From the NCBI GenBank assembly GCA_044226015.1, contig JBGAHS010000001.1:992001-1056000 (forward strand): 64,000 bases of DNA, given 5' to 3'. The position numbers and the translations under genes are program-made. This DNA comes from Candidatus Obscuribacteraceae bacterium (lineage in GTDB: Bacteria; Cyanobacteriota; Vampirovibrionia; Obscuribacterales; Obscuribacteraceae). Below the pieces are notes generated by a model, which ran no database searches, was not told the DNA's origin, and saw nothing but the letters and a program-made list of their open reading frames with translations. Every line of letters begins with the position of its first letter. Position 1 is the stretch's first letter. Positions 9,738 to 19,362 of this stretch are shown here, in pieces.

Positions 9738-10763
9738 TTATTTTCCTGCTGTGCCCAGAGCCAAAATAGCAAGTGAAAGTGTTTGACCGATCTTTGTGAT
9801 GACGTCTGCTTTCACCATGTCTTTTGCAACTCTGATGGCATTTTTAATTGCTGTATGCCTTGAGCCGCCATGAGCTATAACGTAGACGCCTTTGACTCCC
9901 AGCAGGAGCGCGCCACCAAGCTCATTGTAGTCCACGCGCTTTCTTAGAGCGTTGGTCGCAGGCTCGATAATTTTGGCACCAATTTTGGTGCGTGTTGACG
10001 ACAGCAACTCCTGCTTAAGAATCACTGACATCATTCGTGCGATTCCTTCTGAGGCTTTCAGTACGCAGTTTCCGGTGAATCCATCGGTGACTGTTACGTC
10101 CACCTTACCGAGAGGAAAATCACGACCCTCAACATATCCAATATAGTTGATGTTCTCTTGAACCTTTAGAAGCTTGTTGGCATCTTGAACTAGCTTGGTT
10201 CCTTTGCTTTCTTCTGTTCCTATATTAAGCAAACCCACCCTGGGTGGTTTGCCTGGATACAGTCCCTCGAATAATACAGAGCCCATTAACGCAAATTGCA
10301 AGAGCATCTTCGCGTCGCAGTCTTTGTTTGCGCCAACGTCTAAAACGAGTGCGCGTTTTTCAGTATCAATGGAAGGCATGAAGCAAGCTATAGCTGCTCT
10401 GTCTACATGTTCGATGCGCTTCAGATAAAGTTGCGCAGCAGCTGCCGCTGCCCCTGTAGATCCTGCCGCTACCACTGCGTCTGCCAGACCTTTGCCGACC
10501 TGGTTAGTTGCCACCACTATAGATGAGTCGGCCTTTTTGACTACGGCTTTAGCGCTCTCGTCCATCGAGACCACTTCTGCAGCAGGCACTAAACTGATTT
10601 CGAGCCCGGTAGTGTCATGGCGCTTGAGCTCTTGCGCCACCTGTTCAGGCGGACCAACGAGCTGTATAGCCACGCCATACTCTCTAGCAGCCAGAACGGC
10701 GCCATGCACTACTTCTCTTGGTGCGTGGTCACCGCCCATGGCGTCAACAGCGATGCGAATCAC
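9738..10763 (-). CDS. plsX: Phosphate acyltransferase
   Basis: IAVDAMGGDHAP, LDVGAN, LLNIGTEESKG, DGFTGN, GGALLLGVKG, HG. Confidence 0.95.
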   Translation of the reverse strand: MIRIAVDAMGGDHAPREVVHGAVLAAREYGVAIQLVGPPEQVAQELKRHDTTGLEISLVPAAEVVSMDESAKAVVKKADSSIVVATNQVGKGLADAVVAAGSTGAAAAAAQLYLKRIEHVDRAAIACFMPSIDTEKRALVLDVGANKDCDAKMLLQFALMGSVLFEGLYPGKPPRVGLLNIGTEESKGTKLVQDANKLLKVQENINYIGYVEGRDFPLGKVDVTVTDGFTGNCVLKASEGIARMMSVILKQELLSSTRTKIGAKIIEPATNALRKRVDYNELGGALLLGVKGVYVIAHGGSRHTAIKNAIRVAKDMVKADVITKIGQTLSLAILALGTAGK

Positions 10764-10880
10764 TTCGAATACCTACCTGTGTTTGCAGCAAAACAACCAA
10801 ACGCTACGAAGCAAATCTATCCGAGAGGCGCTAAGAAACGTTTAAGACCGGTTCCTACCAGAGAACCGATTTTTCGAATC

Positions 10881-11072
10881 TTATTCGCTTAGCAACCAAT
10901 CGCGACGGCGTGCTGGACGACCGCGATAGTAGCCGCAGCCTGGGCATGCGATATGAGGAAGTTTGGGGCTATTGCAATTAGCACAAGTTGATTGAGGAGC
11001 TAGTTCGAGTTTCCAATTAGCTCTTCTCTGTGCTTGTTTTTGATGTGATGTCTTTTTCTTTGGTTGTGGCAT
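10881..11072 (-). CDS. rpmF: 50S ribosomal protein L32 (Zn-binding type)
   Basis: MPQPKKKTS, CxxC...PHxxCxxCGYY; conserved position between yceD and plsX. Confidence 0.95.
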   Translation of the reverse strand: MPQPKKKTSHQKQAQRRANWKLELAPQSTCANCNSPKLPHIACPGCGYYRGRPARRRDWLLSE

Positions 11073-11251
11073 TGACCTATCTCCAGAACTGTTTGGCTTT
11101 CAATCTGAGCGTTTGCTCATATACGCCCGGTATTCTGCCGTTTTTCGGGGAGCTTATTATAAGCCCTCCGCAGAAATCGCCAAGGCGATAAGACGGCTAC
11201 CGTCTCGGCTGACATGTGAAAGCCGGCTGAAAATCAGCACCATATTATCTA

Positions 11252-11794
11252 TTATTTTTGCTCTGTTTCGTCGTTTGGAAAGAGAGTCTTCAAGTTTTTC
11301 CATCTTGGATCGATAGGTTTTTTATGACTTGAAGAGTCCTTATCACTTGCTAATGAGCTGCTTTTGCCTTCCCCATCAGGAAAAGCGGGACCCGGGCAGT
11401 CGTCGCCACATAGACAAGTGACGGGTGTTGCAAGCGTAACAGCTTGATACACAAGATCTGTAATGTCAAGAATTCCATCCTCGGGAAGCTCTTCTACAAA
11501 GTCTTTGCTCAATAGTTCACGTTCTCTTGGATAGTCTTCGTGACCTGCACTCTCGACCATAAATTCTTCCAAAGGTACATTTATGTTCAAAAAATAAGGT
11601 CGCAGACAACGATGGCAAGTGAGTTTTAGAAGGGTTTGCACACTCCCAGTAACTTTCACTCCTGTTGAGCTAGCGCTGATGCTCAGTTCACCTAAAACCG
11701 GTTTTACTGCGCCGATGTCTTCAATGGTTTCTTTGAAATTAACTGAGAGTCTTTGATGCGGCAGATTTCTCAGCTCGTCTATACTTATCTTCAA
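11252..11794 (-). CDS. yceD: YceD/DUF177 family protein
   Basis: CHRCL, CLCGDDCPG and IDPRWKNLK; directly upstream of rpmF. Confidence 0.9.
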   Translation of the reverse strand: MKISIDELRNLPHQRLSVNFKETIEDIGAVKPVLGELSISASSTGVKVTGSVQTLLKLTCHRCLRPYFLNINVPLEEFMVESAGHEDYPRERELLSKDFVEELPEDGILDITDLVYQAVTLATPVTCLCGDDCPGPAFPDGEGKSSSLASDKDSSSHKKPIDPRWKNLKTLFPNDETEQK

Positions 11795-11823
11795 TGCGAT
11801 TATTTTTTATTCAGGAACGACAA

Positions 11824-11870
11824 CGAAATTTCGCCCGGCTGGGCAAGAACGGCCCACCTCGGGCGTTTCG
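11824..11870 (-). promoter_or_regulatory. GC-rich hairpin in the 5' leader of the yceD-rpmF-plsX-fabH-fabD operon
   Basis: CGAAA..CGCCCG..TGGGC pairs with GCCCA..CGGGCG TTTCG. A TACTAT -10-like hexamer lies at 11879-11874 on the minus strand. Confidence 0.4.
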
Positions 11871-11898
11871 ATAATAGTACACCACACTTTCAAAGGGA

Positions 11899-13275
11899 TT
11901 GCTAATGACCGAACTCAGTCAAGCCAGCCAATTTTTGCAAGCACGATGGATTCTGCCGATTTCTGAGGCTCCCCAAGAATTTGCCTGGTTGGTTTTGAAT
12001 GAGGACAAGATTATTGGAATCATTTCGCAAGAAGAGTATGCGAGTTTGCCGGAAAAGCTCACCAGTGGCGGCAGCCGAAAGCTCGGTGACGCCATTATTT
12101 GCCCTGGTTTGATGAATCTGCACACGCATCTTGATTACTCGGCGTTGAAGCATTTTGACAATTACTCTCCCTTCTTTAGCTGGATTCAGGGGCTAATTGG
12201 CAATTCCTGGCAGTGGTCGCCTGAGCAATGGCTGGAATCGGCTCTGCTTGGAGCTCAAGAGATAATGCAATCTGGAACTAGCATGGTTTTGGATGCTTCC
12301 TACAGCGGAGCTGCTGCTCGCGCCGTGGCTCGTGCGGGCTTTCGAGGTGTTGTTGGGCTTGAATTATTTGGCATTGTCGAGGGGGAGGCTGATATAGCAT
12401 TTGACGCCTGGCTGGAGAAATACCGAAAGTTTGTAGAAGAAGCCGAACCAACGCTGAAAGGCGCTATAAGTGATGGTCGAGTGAAGGTCACGATTGCACC
12501 TCATACTCCGTATTCTGTCTGCCCAGAGTTAATTCGAAAGGCGCTGAATTGGTCGAATTCACAGGGGCTGCCGATGTTGATTCACATATCTGAATCAGAG
12601 GCTGAGTGCCGATGGATAGCTGCAGACGATGCCGACCTGAACCAATTTCTTGCCCGAGCTTTTCGGGTTGAAGTGCCTCAGCTTGATTGGAAAGGTCATG
12701 GGCTCAGCCCCGTCAAACATCTCGATAAGCACGGTTTACTTGCTGATAACGTCATTGCTGCCCATTTAGTGCAGGTAGACGAGGCAGACATTAGCTGTCT
12801 GGCAAAAGCTGGCGTATCTGGAGTGCACTGTCCGAGAAGCAACTCCAGGCTTCGTAACGGCATTTCTCCTTTGTCAAAAATTGTCGACGCTGGCGTGCTT
12901 ATGGCTTTTGGCACGGATAGTGCCGCTTCTGGTGATGACCTCGATGTTCTGGCCGAAGCGAGATTTGCCTGGGATTTGCACCGAGCCGTTGACAAGTCTT
13001 TTGATCTTCAGGCTGAAAAGGCACTGTTTTATCTGACGTTAGGTGCTGCGCAAATTCTGAAAATGGATAAAATCTTGGGCAGTTTAGAAAGTGGGAAGAA
13101 AGCTGACCTGGCTATATTTTCTATAGCCCATCTGCCAAATATGGCTAAGCAGCGACCTTTTGAATCACTAATTTATGGCGGAGCGCAGCTGAAAGAGCTT
13201 ATTGTTAATGGAGTTAGCTTAGTTCAAGGAGGGTACATTGCTAATGACAAATCTGAGCTAAAGGCAATTGTCTAG
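11899..13275 (+). CDS. Metal-dependent amidohydrolase (MTA/SAH deaminase-like)
   Basis: PGLMNLHTHL, PHTPY, IHISES, AAHLV, HCPRSN, GTDS, GSLESGKKADL. Confidence 0.85.
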   Translation: MLMTELSQASQFLQARWILPISEAPQEFAWLVLNEDKIIGIISQEEYASLPEKLTSGGSRKLGDAIICPGLMNLHTHLDYSALKHFDNYSPFFSWIQGLIGNSWQWSPEQWLESALLGAQEIMQSGTSMVLDASYSGAAARAVARAGFRGVVGLELFGIVEGEADIAFDAWLEKYRKFVEEAEPTLKGAISDGRVKVTIAPHTPYSVCPELIRKALNWSNSQGLPMLIHISESEAECRWIAADDADLNQFLARAFRVEVPQLDWKGHGLSPVKHLDKHGLLADNVIAAHLVQVDEADISCLAKAGVSGVHCPRSNSRLRNGISPLSKIVDAGVLMAFGTDSAASGDDLDVLAEARFAWDLHRAVDKSFDLQAEKALFYLTLGAAQILKMDKILGSLESGKKADLAIFSIAHLPNMAKQRPFESLIYGGAQLKELIVNGVSLVQGGYIANDKSELKAIV

Positions 13276-13434
13276 CCTTATCGGACGTTTCGAATTACTA
13301 AGCTGAAAAGGCTAAAAAGTCTCAGAATTGTCAGAAATTCGCCCATATACTGATCCTATGCGTTAGATCAGTCAGCGAATTGGGAACATTAAATTTGCAC
13401 GCAGCCGAATTTAGCAAACTTTTGAGAGATATTT

Positions 13435-14145
13435 ATGGCAGGTACAGGTAGAACAGATCACATTTGCAGCGGTAGAACATGCATGTTTTGCCGTGTTCTC
13501 GACAATCCTCAACGCTCTCGCCTGACCGGCAACCAGGGGCGTTCAGCTGTTGATTCTCAAGTACTTGAAAGGGTGCGTGAGTTAGAGAGCAGGTCGATGC
13601 TTCAGAATGCGCAGTCGAACATGACGACCGCCAAAGCTGATGAGCTTGAGAAATTAGCACTTCTTGACTCTCTTACAGAGTTGTATAACTCAAGAACTTT
13701 GATCAAAGAATTAAAAGATGAGCTTAAGCGAGCCAAGCGTTACAAACGCCCAGTTTCGTTGCTGATGATCGCAGTTGATGGTCATAGAGAGATTCAAAGG
13801 CAATATGGTGCTTTGACATCAGATGCGGTGCTCAAAGTAATCTCCAACGTTCTTCGTGATTGTGTGCGAGATGTAGATGTTCCTGCCAGATATAGTGGCG
13901 ATGAATTTGCGATTGTTCTGCCAGAAACAAATGCAGCGGGCGCTGCAGTAGTGGCTGAGCGTATCAGGCAGCGTGTCGGTACGCAGGCTATCACACACAA
14001 TTGGAATAACTTGAAAGTTACAGCTAGCATTGGACTGGCATCATTTCCAGCTCATGCTCGCGAACACGATGAATTAATCGCTCGTTCAGTGCAGGCTCTA
14101 GAGCTTGCGGTGCAACGTGGTGGCGACCGCGTCTGCGCAATCTAG
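13435..14145 (+). CDS. Small GGDEF-domain protein (SGDEF variant) with a Cys-rich N-terminus
   Basis: DSLTELYN, RDVD I-site, ARYSGDEF, VTASIG. Confidence 0.85.
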   Translation: MAGTGRTDHICSGRTCMFCRVLDNPQRSRLTGNQGRSAVDSQVLERVRELESRSMLQNAQSNMTTAKADELEKLALLDSLTELYNSRTLIKELKDELKRAKRYKRPVSLLMIAVDGHREIQRQYGALTSDAVLKVISNVLRDCVRDVDVPARYSGDEFAIVLPETNAAGAAVVAERIRQRVGTQAITHNWNNLKVTASIGLASFPAHAREHDELIARSVQALELAVQRGGDRVCAI

Positions 14146-14168
14146 CGTTGCGGATAGATCAGGCTTCG

Positions 14169-14198
14169 GGCTTCACCTTCATGGTGGAGCCTTTTTTT
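14169..14198 (+). terminator. Rho-independent terminator
   Basis: GGCTTCACC-TTCAT-GGTGGAGCC followed by a T7 run, downstream of the GGDEF gene. Confidence 0.8.
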
Positions 14199-14224
14199 GA
14201 CTGGTTCCAATCAAGTTCAAACCG

Positions 14225-15379
14225 CTAATTCAATACTCTGTCCATGTCCTTTATTTGTATCTCGAGTTGGTGCAAGTCACGATATTCATCTTCGAGTTGT
14301 CTGTCCAGTTGATCAAGCTCGCGTTGAGATTCAAGGCTGCGATCACGCTTCAACATATCGACTCGCTTTTGATGTTCGTCAACGTCTCTCCACAGAAGGT
14401 CATATTGTTTCATCAGCCCTGACCTTTCCGCTTTCACAGACTGATATGAATTTGCATCAAGGTTATTGGCTGCGTCTGCCGCAGGCATGGTGGCAAATGC
14501 AGTGCTTGAAACAACCACGGTGCTTGCGACAATCGCCGCATACTTATGCACCACCTGATGGAACCTGGCATTGAAGTCGGGCGGAACGATATTTGCCAGG
14601 CGCGCCGCTAACACATCTAAGTGAGCATGCCAGAAAGCCATGAATTCATGCATTTTGCCGTGTGGCAATCTGCTGTGGTTCAGCACGAGAGCCGTTCCAT
14701 CAGCATCTTCATGTAGCTCGATGGAGACTGCAGAGTCTAGATCATTCTCAATGTCCATCCAGGAGAAGGCGAGGCGCTGCACAGGCTCGAAAGCTTTGAC
14801 CAAGCCAATAATTCTTGAGCCTGATTTTTGCTGAACTTGCATAGCACCATCGAATGCAAGTTCAACTCGTCCTCCTGTTTTGTTTTCCAGTGTCGCTTGT
14901 GACGCGAGCCACTTGCGAAGCAGCTCAGGTTCAGTAAAATGGCGCCATACGTCTGCGATATTTGCTTGCAGTGAGCGCTCAAACCTTATCGTGTCGCCAC
15001 TAACTACGGTGCCTAGTGACTCGGGCGGAGGTCCAGCTTCAATTAATCGAACTCCGGCTTCCTGGCTCATGCTCTCCAGCATCATTTGGGTCTTTTCGGA
15101 CGACTCTAATAAAAGATTTTGTGCTTCGTCGAGCTTTTGCGCGCTCTCGATGAGCATTTGTTGTGCATAAGCTGTTCCATCTTTAAGCTCGCTGACATAG
15201 TCCGTCAACTTTGAGACTATGCCCTCAAGCTGCTGGACTCTTTCGGTGAGCGCATCGGAACCGCGCGATTCGATTTCGACTGGCTTCTTTCCACGCTCTA
15301 AATAAGTGATTAAAGGCTTCCTCATTACAATTGCTATGACGAAAATCCAGAAACCGATAATTGCGATCGTGCCGTCCAT
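14225..15379 (-). CDS. Membrane-anchored SRPBCC/AHSA1-domain protein with coiled coils
   Basis: N-terminal hydrophobic helix; IRFERSLQANIADVWRHFTEPELLRKW, RLAFSW, GTALVLNHS and WHAHLDVL fit the AHSA1/START-like pattern. Confidence 0.7.
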   Translation of the reverse strand: MDGTIAIIGFWIFVIAIVMRKPLITYLERGKKPVEIESRGSDALTERVQQLEGIVSKLTDYVSELKDGTAYAQQMLIESAQKLDEAQNLLLESSEKTQMMLESMSQEAGVRLIEAGPPPESLGTVVSGDTIRFERSLQANIADVWRHFTEPELLRKWLASQATLENKTGGRVELAFDGAMQVQQKSGSRIIGLVKAFEPVQRLAFSWMDIENDLDSAVSIELHEDADGTALVLNHSRLPHGKMHEFMAFWHAHLDVLAARLANIVPPDFNARFHQVVHKYAAIVASTVVVSSTAFATMPAADAANNLDANSYQSVKAERSGLMKQYDLLWRDVDEHQKRVDMLKRDRSLESQRELDQLDRQLEDEYRDLHQLEIQIKDMDRVLN

Positions 15380-15727
15380 TTCGTTTCCTCCGCCAACCTC
15401 TTTGAATGTGTATTGCCATTATATGTAAGTAATTTAGGTTTCGACTGAATATGAACTGGATATAAACGCAAACAAGCGTAGATAGTGGGACTTGCCTCAT
15501 TCAGAAAACTAGCGCTACGAGTTTTTATACTGCCAGAGCGAGCTAAATGCCCACTGCTACTTGTTTCTGAGTTGTCGAGCCAGCTCAGATATCGGGGTGC
15601 ATTTTTGAGCAGAATGAAAGGTAAAGATTCGCCATCAATAGGTGGGAGTATTAACAGTCTTCACTTGGCGCAGAATGGCTGCACGGTAGAATTGAAAACT
15701 GGTAATTAGTTACATCGAGAATAAAAC

Positions 15728-17260
15728 ATGTTCGCAAGGAACTGGAAAGTATTTGTAGTTTTGGGTGTGCTTATCTGGTCTCTTTGGACGCTGGTTCAAG
15801 TAATTCCAGATGACAAATTAGCGCGCTTGCAAGCTATGTCATCCATGCCGCCGAGTCAGCTTCAAACTGAGATTATGAAGCGTCTTGAAAGCATGCCCGA
15901 CTGGGGCAAAATGAATCAGTTTCAAAAAGAAGACTCCATCAAAGAAGCGCAAGACGAAGCAGCTTTCGCTAATAACTTGCAAATTCTCGGACATGTAAAA
16001 GGCTACACTATTGCAACCAACTTGAAGCTTGGTTTGGACTTGCGTGGCGGCAGTCAGCTGGTCTTGCAGGCTCAGCCTTCCAAGCTCGTACCAGAAATTA
16101 CTCCTGAAGTCATGAAAGGTGTTGAGACGGTAATTAACAACCGTGTCAACACGCTTGGCGTATCAGAAACTGTTGTTCAACGCACAGGCAAAGACCGTTT
16201 GATTGTTGAACTTCCTGGTGTGAAAGACCCACAGGAAGCAAAAGACAGAATTGGTACAACAGCACTTCTTGAGTTCAAAGAAATGCTTTACGAAGATGAT
16301 GGTCGGCCAAAAGTAAACGAAGAAGGCGAGTACCAGTGGAAAGATGTGGGACTGACAGGGTCCGACTTCAAGCGCGCCCAAGCGATGCAGATGGCTGGCG
16401 GACAAACTTACAGAATTCTTTTCGAATTCAAGCCGGACGGTGCCACCAAATTTGGTGACCTTACCCGACGCATGGTAGGCAAAAGCATTGGGATTTTTCT
16501 GGATGGGCAACCAACAGAACGTGGACCAGATGGGCGTCCTGTTTCATTCAAAGAATACAGAGGCATCAATGTCCGGGAACCAATTCTCGGAGGAACTGGT
16601 GAAATCACAGGAAGTTATACGAAAGAACAAGCTTTGGATTTGTCACTCAAGCTGAACGCTGGCTCACTTCCGACTACGGTTGTGATTCTTGAAGAAAGGA
16701 CTGTCGGAGCAACTCTCGGCGCAGATTCTATTGAGAAGAGTCTCATCGCGGGCGCAGTAGGTATCGCACTGGTTATGTTGTTCATGTTCTTGATTTACGG
16801 TGTGGCTGGTTTCGTTGCAGACATAGCACTGATTCTCTACACCATCACAACACTGGCAATCTTCAAAGCTGTGCCCGTTACATTAACTCTGGCTGGTATA
16901 GCTGGTTTCATTCTGTCAGTTGGTATGGCAGTTGATGCAAACATCCTCATCTTCGAGAGAACAAAAGAGGAACTTGCTAATGGCAAGAGTCTGTATAACG
17001 CAATTGAGGCAGGCTTTGGCAGAGCGTTTTCTTCCATCTTCGACAGTAACATGAACAGCCTCATAGCGTGTTGCGTCTTGATGTTCTTCGGCACATCAAT
17101 CGTAAAAGGTTTCGCTTTCACCCTGGCGATAGGTGTTTGCGTGTCGCTGTTTAGCGCAATCACTGCTACGCGAGTGCTATTGCACTTGCTGCCGAAAAAC
17201 GTGCCAATCTTTGGCGCAAAGATGCAAAAGACCCAAAAGAGTGCAGAGAAAAAGAGCTAG
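15728..17260 (+). CDS. secD: Protein translocase subunit SecD
   Basis: LGLDLRGG, RVNTLGVSE, VGATLG, TLTLAGIAG, GMAVDANILIFER. Confidence 0.95.
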   Translation: MFARNWKVFVVLGVLIWSLWTLVQVIPDDKLARLQAMSSMPPSQLQTEIMKRLESMPDWGKMNQFQKEDSIKEAQDEAAFANNLQILGHVKGYTIATNLKLGLDLRGGSQLVLQAQPSKLVPEITPEVMKGVETVINNRVNTLGVSETVVQRTGKDRLIVELPGVKDPQEAKDRIGTTALLEFKEMLYEDDGRPKVNEEGEYQWKDVGLTGSDFKRAQAMQMAGGQTYRILFEFKPDGATKFGDLTRRMVGKSIGIFLDGQPTERGPDGRPVSFKEYRGINVREPILGGTGEITGSYTKEQALDLSLKLNAGSLPTTVVILEERTVGATLGADSIEKSLIAGAVGIALVMLFMFLIYGVAGFVADIALILYTITTLAIFKAVPVTLTLAGIAGFILSVGMAVDANILIFERTKEELANGKSLYNAIEAGFGRAFSSIFDSNMNSLIACCVLMFFGTSIVKGFAFTLAIGVCVSLFSAITATRVLLHLLPKNVPIFGAKMQKTQKSAEKKS

Positions 17261-17269
17261 GACAAGAGA

Positions 17270-18247
17270 ATGCGTTTACCTCACGTTGATATAGTTAAGT
17301 ACAGAGCCTGGTGGTTCGGCATTTCCGCTGCTATCACTCTTCCCGGAGTGCTGGGCGTGATCATGTGCCTCTATCTCTACCATGCGCCGCTGAAGCCAGG
17401 AATTGACTTCACTGGCGGCTCCATCATGCAGTATCAGTTCGCGCCTACCGTCAAGCTTGACCAGGTGCGAGAAGTAGTCGATAAAGTCTTGCCTGGTTCG
17501 CAGGTGCAAGAGGCGCAGATCAGCGGCAAGACCGTAATGGTTTTGCGCACCAAGGCGCTTGATGATGAGAACAAAGATGAGGAAATGAAGAAGTCGCTCA
17601 AAGCAACTTTGCAAGAAAAATTGGGCGAGTTTCAGCAGCTTTCCGTTGACAAAGTTTCGGGTGTTGTTGGTCCAGAACTCTTGCAGAGCGGCTTAATGGC
17701 GCTTGTTTTGACCTTCGGTGCGATGGTTTTGTATATTCGCTATCGATTTGAATACTTCGATTATGCAATGTGCGCAATTGCTGCCTTGTTCCACGACGTG
17801 ATGGTCTTGGTTGGTGTCTTCGCTCTTATGGGTTGGCTCATGGGAACAGAAGTTGACAGCTTATTCATAAGTGCCATTTTGACTGTAATCGGTTTTTCCG
17901 TTCATGACACCATTGTTGTCTTCGACCGTATCAGAGAAAACTCCAAATACGTGGGAAGCAAAGGGCATGACAAGGATGGCAATGAGTACAAGAAAACCTT
18001 CGGACATATTGCAAACGACAGCATCAACCAAACGCTGGCACGTTCTTTGTACACATCCTTAACAGTTATTATTACCCTTACCGCACTTTACTTCCTCGGT
18101 GGTGTAACGACCCGAGATTTCGTGCTGGCAATGCTTATTGGTATTATTTCGGGTACATATTCTTCTATTTTCAACGCCAGTGCTCTGCTTGCTTGGTGGA
18201 GAGAATTGAGGTCGAAAAAGAAAACGGCCAAACCGGCTGCCGCTTGA
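17270..18247 (+). CDS. secF: Protein translocase subunit SecF
   Basis: GIDFTGG, ALFHD, GFSVHDTIVVFDRIREN, GTYSSIF; follows secD. Confidence 0.95.
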   Translation: MRLPHVDIVKYRAWWFGISAAITLPGVLGVIMCLYLYHAPLKPGIDFTGGSIMQYQFAPTVKLDQVREVVDKVLPGSQVQEAQISGKTVMVLRTKALDDENKDEEMKKSLKATLQEKLGEFQQLSVDKVSGVVGPELLQSGLMALVLTFGAMVLYIRYRFEYFDYAMCAIAALFHDVMVLVGVFALMGWLMGTEVDSLFISAILTVIGFSVHDTIVVFDRIRENSKYVGSKGHDKDGNEYKKTFGHIANDSINQTLARSLYTSLTVIITLTALYFLGGVTTRDFVLAMLIGIISGTYSSIFNASALLAWWRELRSKKKTAKPAAA

Positions 18248-18290
18248 GCCCCTATAATGTTATTGTTCTTTACCGCTAATAGGTGACAAC

Positions 18291-18578
18291 ATGGTTGAGC
18301 AAGAAGCGCGAGAATCTTGGACCGACGAACAAAAGTGGAGCTACCTGGTGCGACATGAGCGCCTGGGTGAAGTCCTCGTTCGGCAAGGCAAGCTCACACT
18401 TGGTCAGCTCGAAGCTGCTTTAAAAGACCAGGAAGGTAGCGGCAAGCATCTAGGTGAAATCATAGTTGAAAAGAAGATGCTCACCCTTGATGAAATCATT
18501 GATGCGCTGGACAAGCAGAAACAGAACCAGCATACAAGCGAACAGACAATCAAAGAACTGAAAGAAAAGCACGAGTAG
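18291..18578 (+). CDS. Stand-alone MshEN-type (c-di-GMP-binding) protein
   Basis: Two 24-aa repeats, RLGEVLVRQGKLTLGQLEAALKDQ and HLGEIIVEKKMLTLDEIIDALDKQ, separated by 5 residues. Confidence 0.75.
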   Translation: MVEQEARESWTDEQKWSYLVRHERLGEVLVRQGKLTLGQLEAALKDQEGSGKHLGEIIVEKKMLTLDEIIDALDKQKQNQHTSEQTIKELKEKHE

Positions 18579-18582
18579 CACC

Positions 18583-19362
18583 TTGGAACCTAGAGTCGCC
18601 TTAGTTACTGGTGCGGGCTCAGGAATTGGTCGGGCAACCGCACTGAAATTACAAAATGATGGTTTGAGCGTTGCTGCATTAGATTTGAATGCTGCAAGTA
18701 TTGCCGCACTTTCTGAGGAGCTAACTCGGGTTGGGAAACGTTCCTTTATATGTCACGTCGGCGACATTTCAAAAGAAGACGATGTACAGAACTTTGTGAG
18801 CGCAGCCGTGAAGAAGTTTGGACGCATCGACTACCTTTTCAATAACGCTGGTGTCGAGTTTGTGGCTCCGCTGGATGAGACTTCGGTAGAGCAGTGGCAG
18901 CATGTTCATGACACAAACATGAAAGGCACTTTCATGATGAGTAAAGCTGTTATTCCACACATGCGTGCCATCGGTGGTGGTGCCATTGTGAATAATGCAT
19001 CTGATGCTGGCTTGAGGGGAATAAGATTGAATGCTGCCTACAGCTCGTCCAAAGCTGGCATCATTCACCTTTCTCGTTCCATAGCACTTGATTATGGACA
19101 ATACAATATACGGTGCAATTGTGTTTGCCCTGGGTGCATCAAAACTCCTCTATGTGAACGGTTCAACGAAGAGGTTGGCGCACGTCGCGGAATCTCTGGA
19201 AAAGAGGCCTTGCAAGAATTTGTTGATGCCAATATTCCTATGCTTCGGGTTGGCTATCCCGATGAGGTGGCTTCGTTAGTTGCTTTCTTGTTTTCTGATA
19301 GCGCTTCGTATATTTCTGGTGCAGTTATTCCAATCGATGGCGCATTGACCGCTGGAATGTAG
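18583..19362 (+). CDS. SDR family oxidoreductase
   Basis: TGAGSGIG, NNAG, YSSSK (YxxxK), CPG. Confidence 0.9.
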   Translation: MEPRVALVTGAGSGIGRATALKLQNDGLSVAALDLNAASIAALSEELTRVGKRSFICHVGDISKEDDVQNFVSAAVKKFGRIDYLFNNAGVEFVAPLDETSVEQWQHVHDTNMKGTFMMSKAVIPHMRAIGGGAIVNNASDAGLRGIRLNAAYSSSKAGIIHLSRSIALDYGQYNIRCNCVCPGCIKTPLCERFNEEVGARRGISGKEALQEFVDANIPMLRVGYPDEVASLVAFLFSDSASYISGAVIPIDGALTAGM

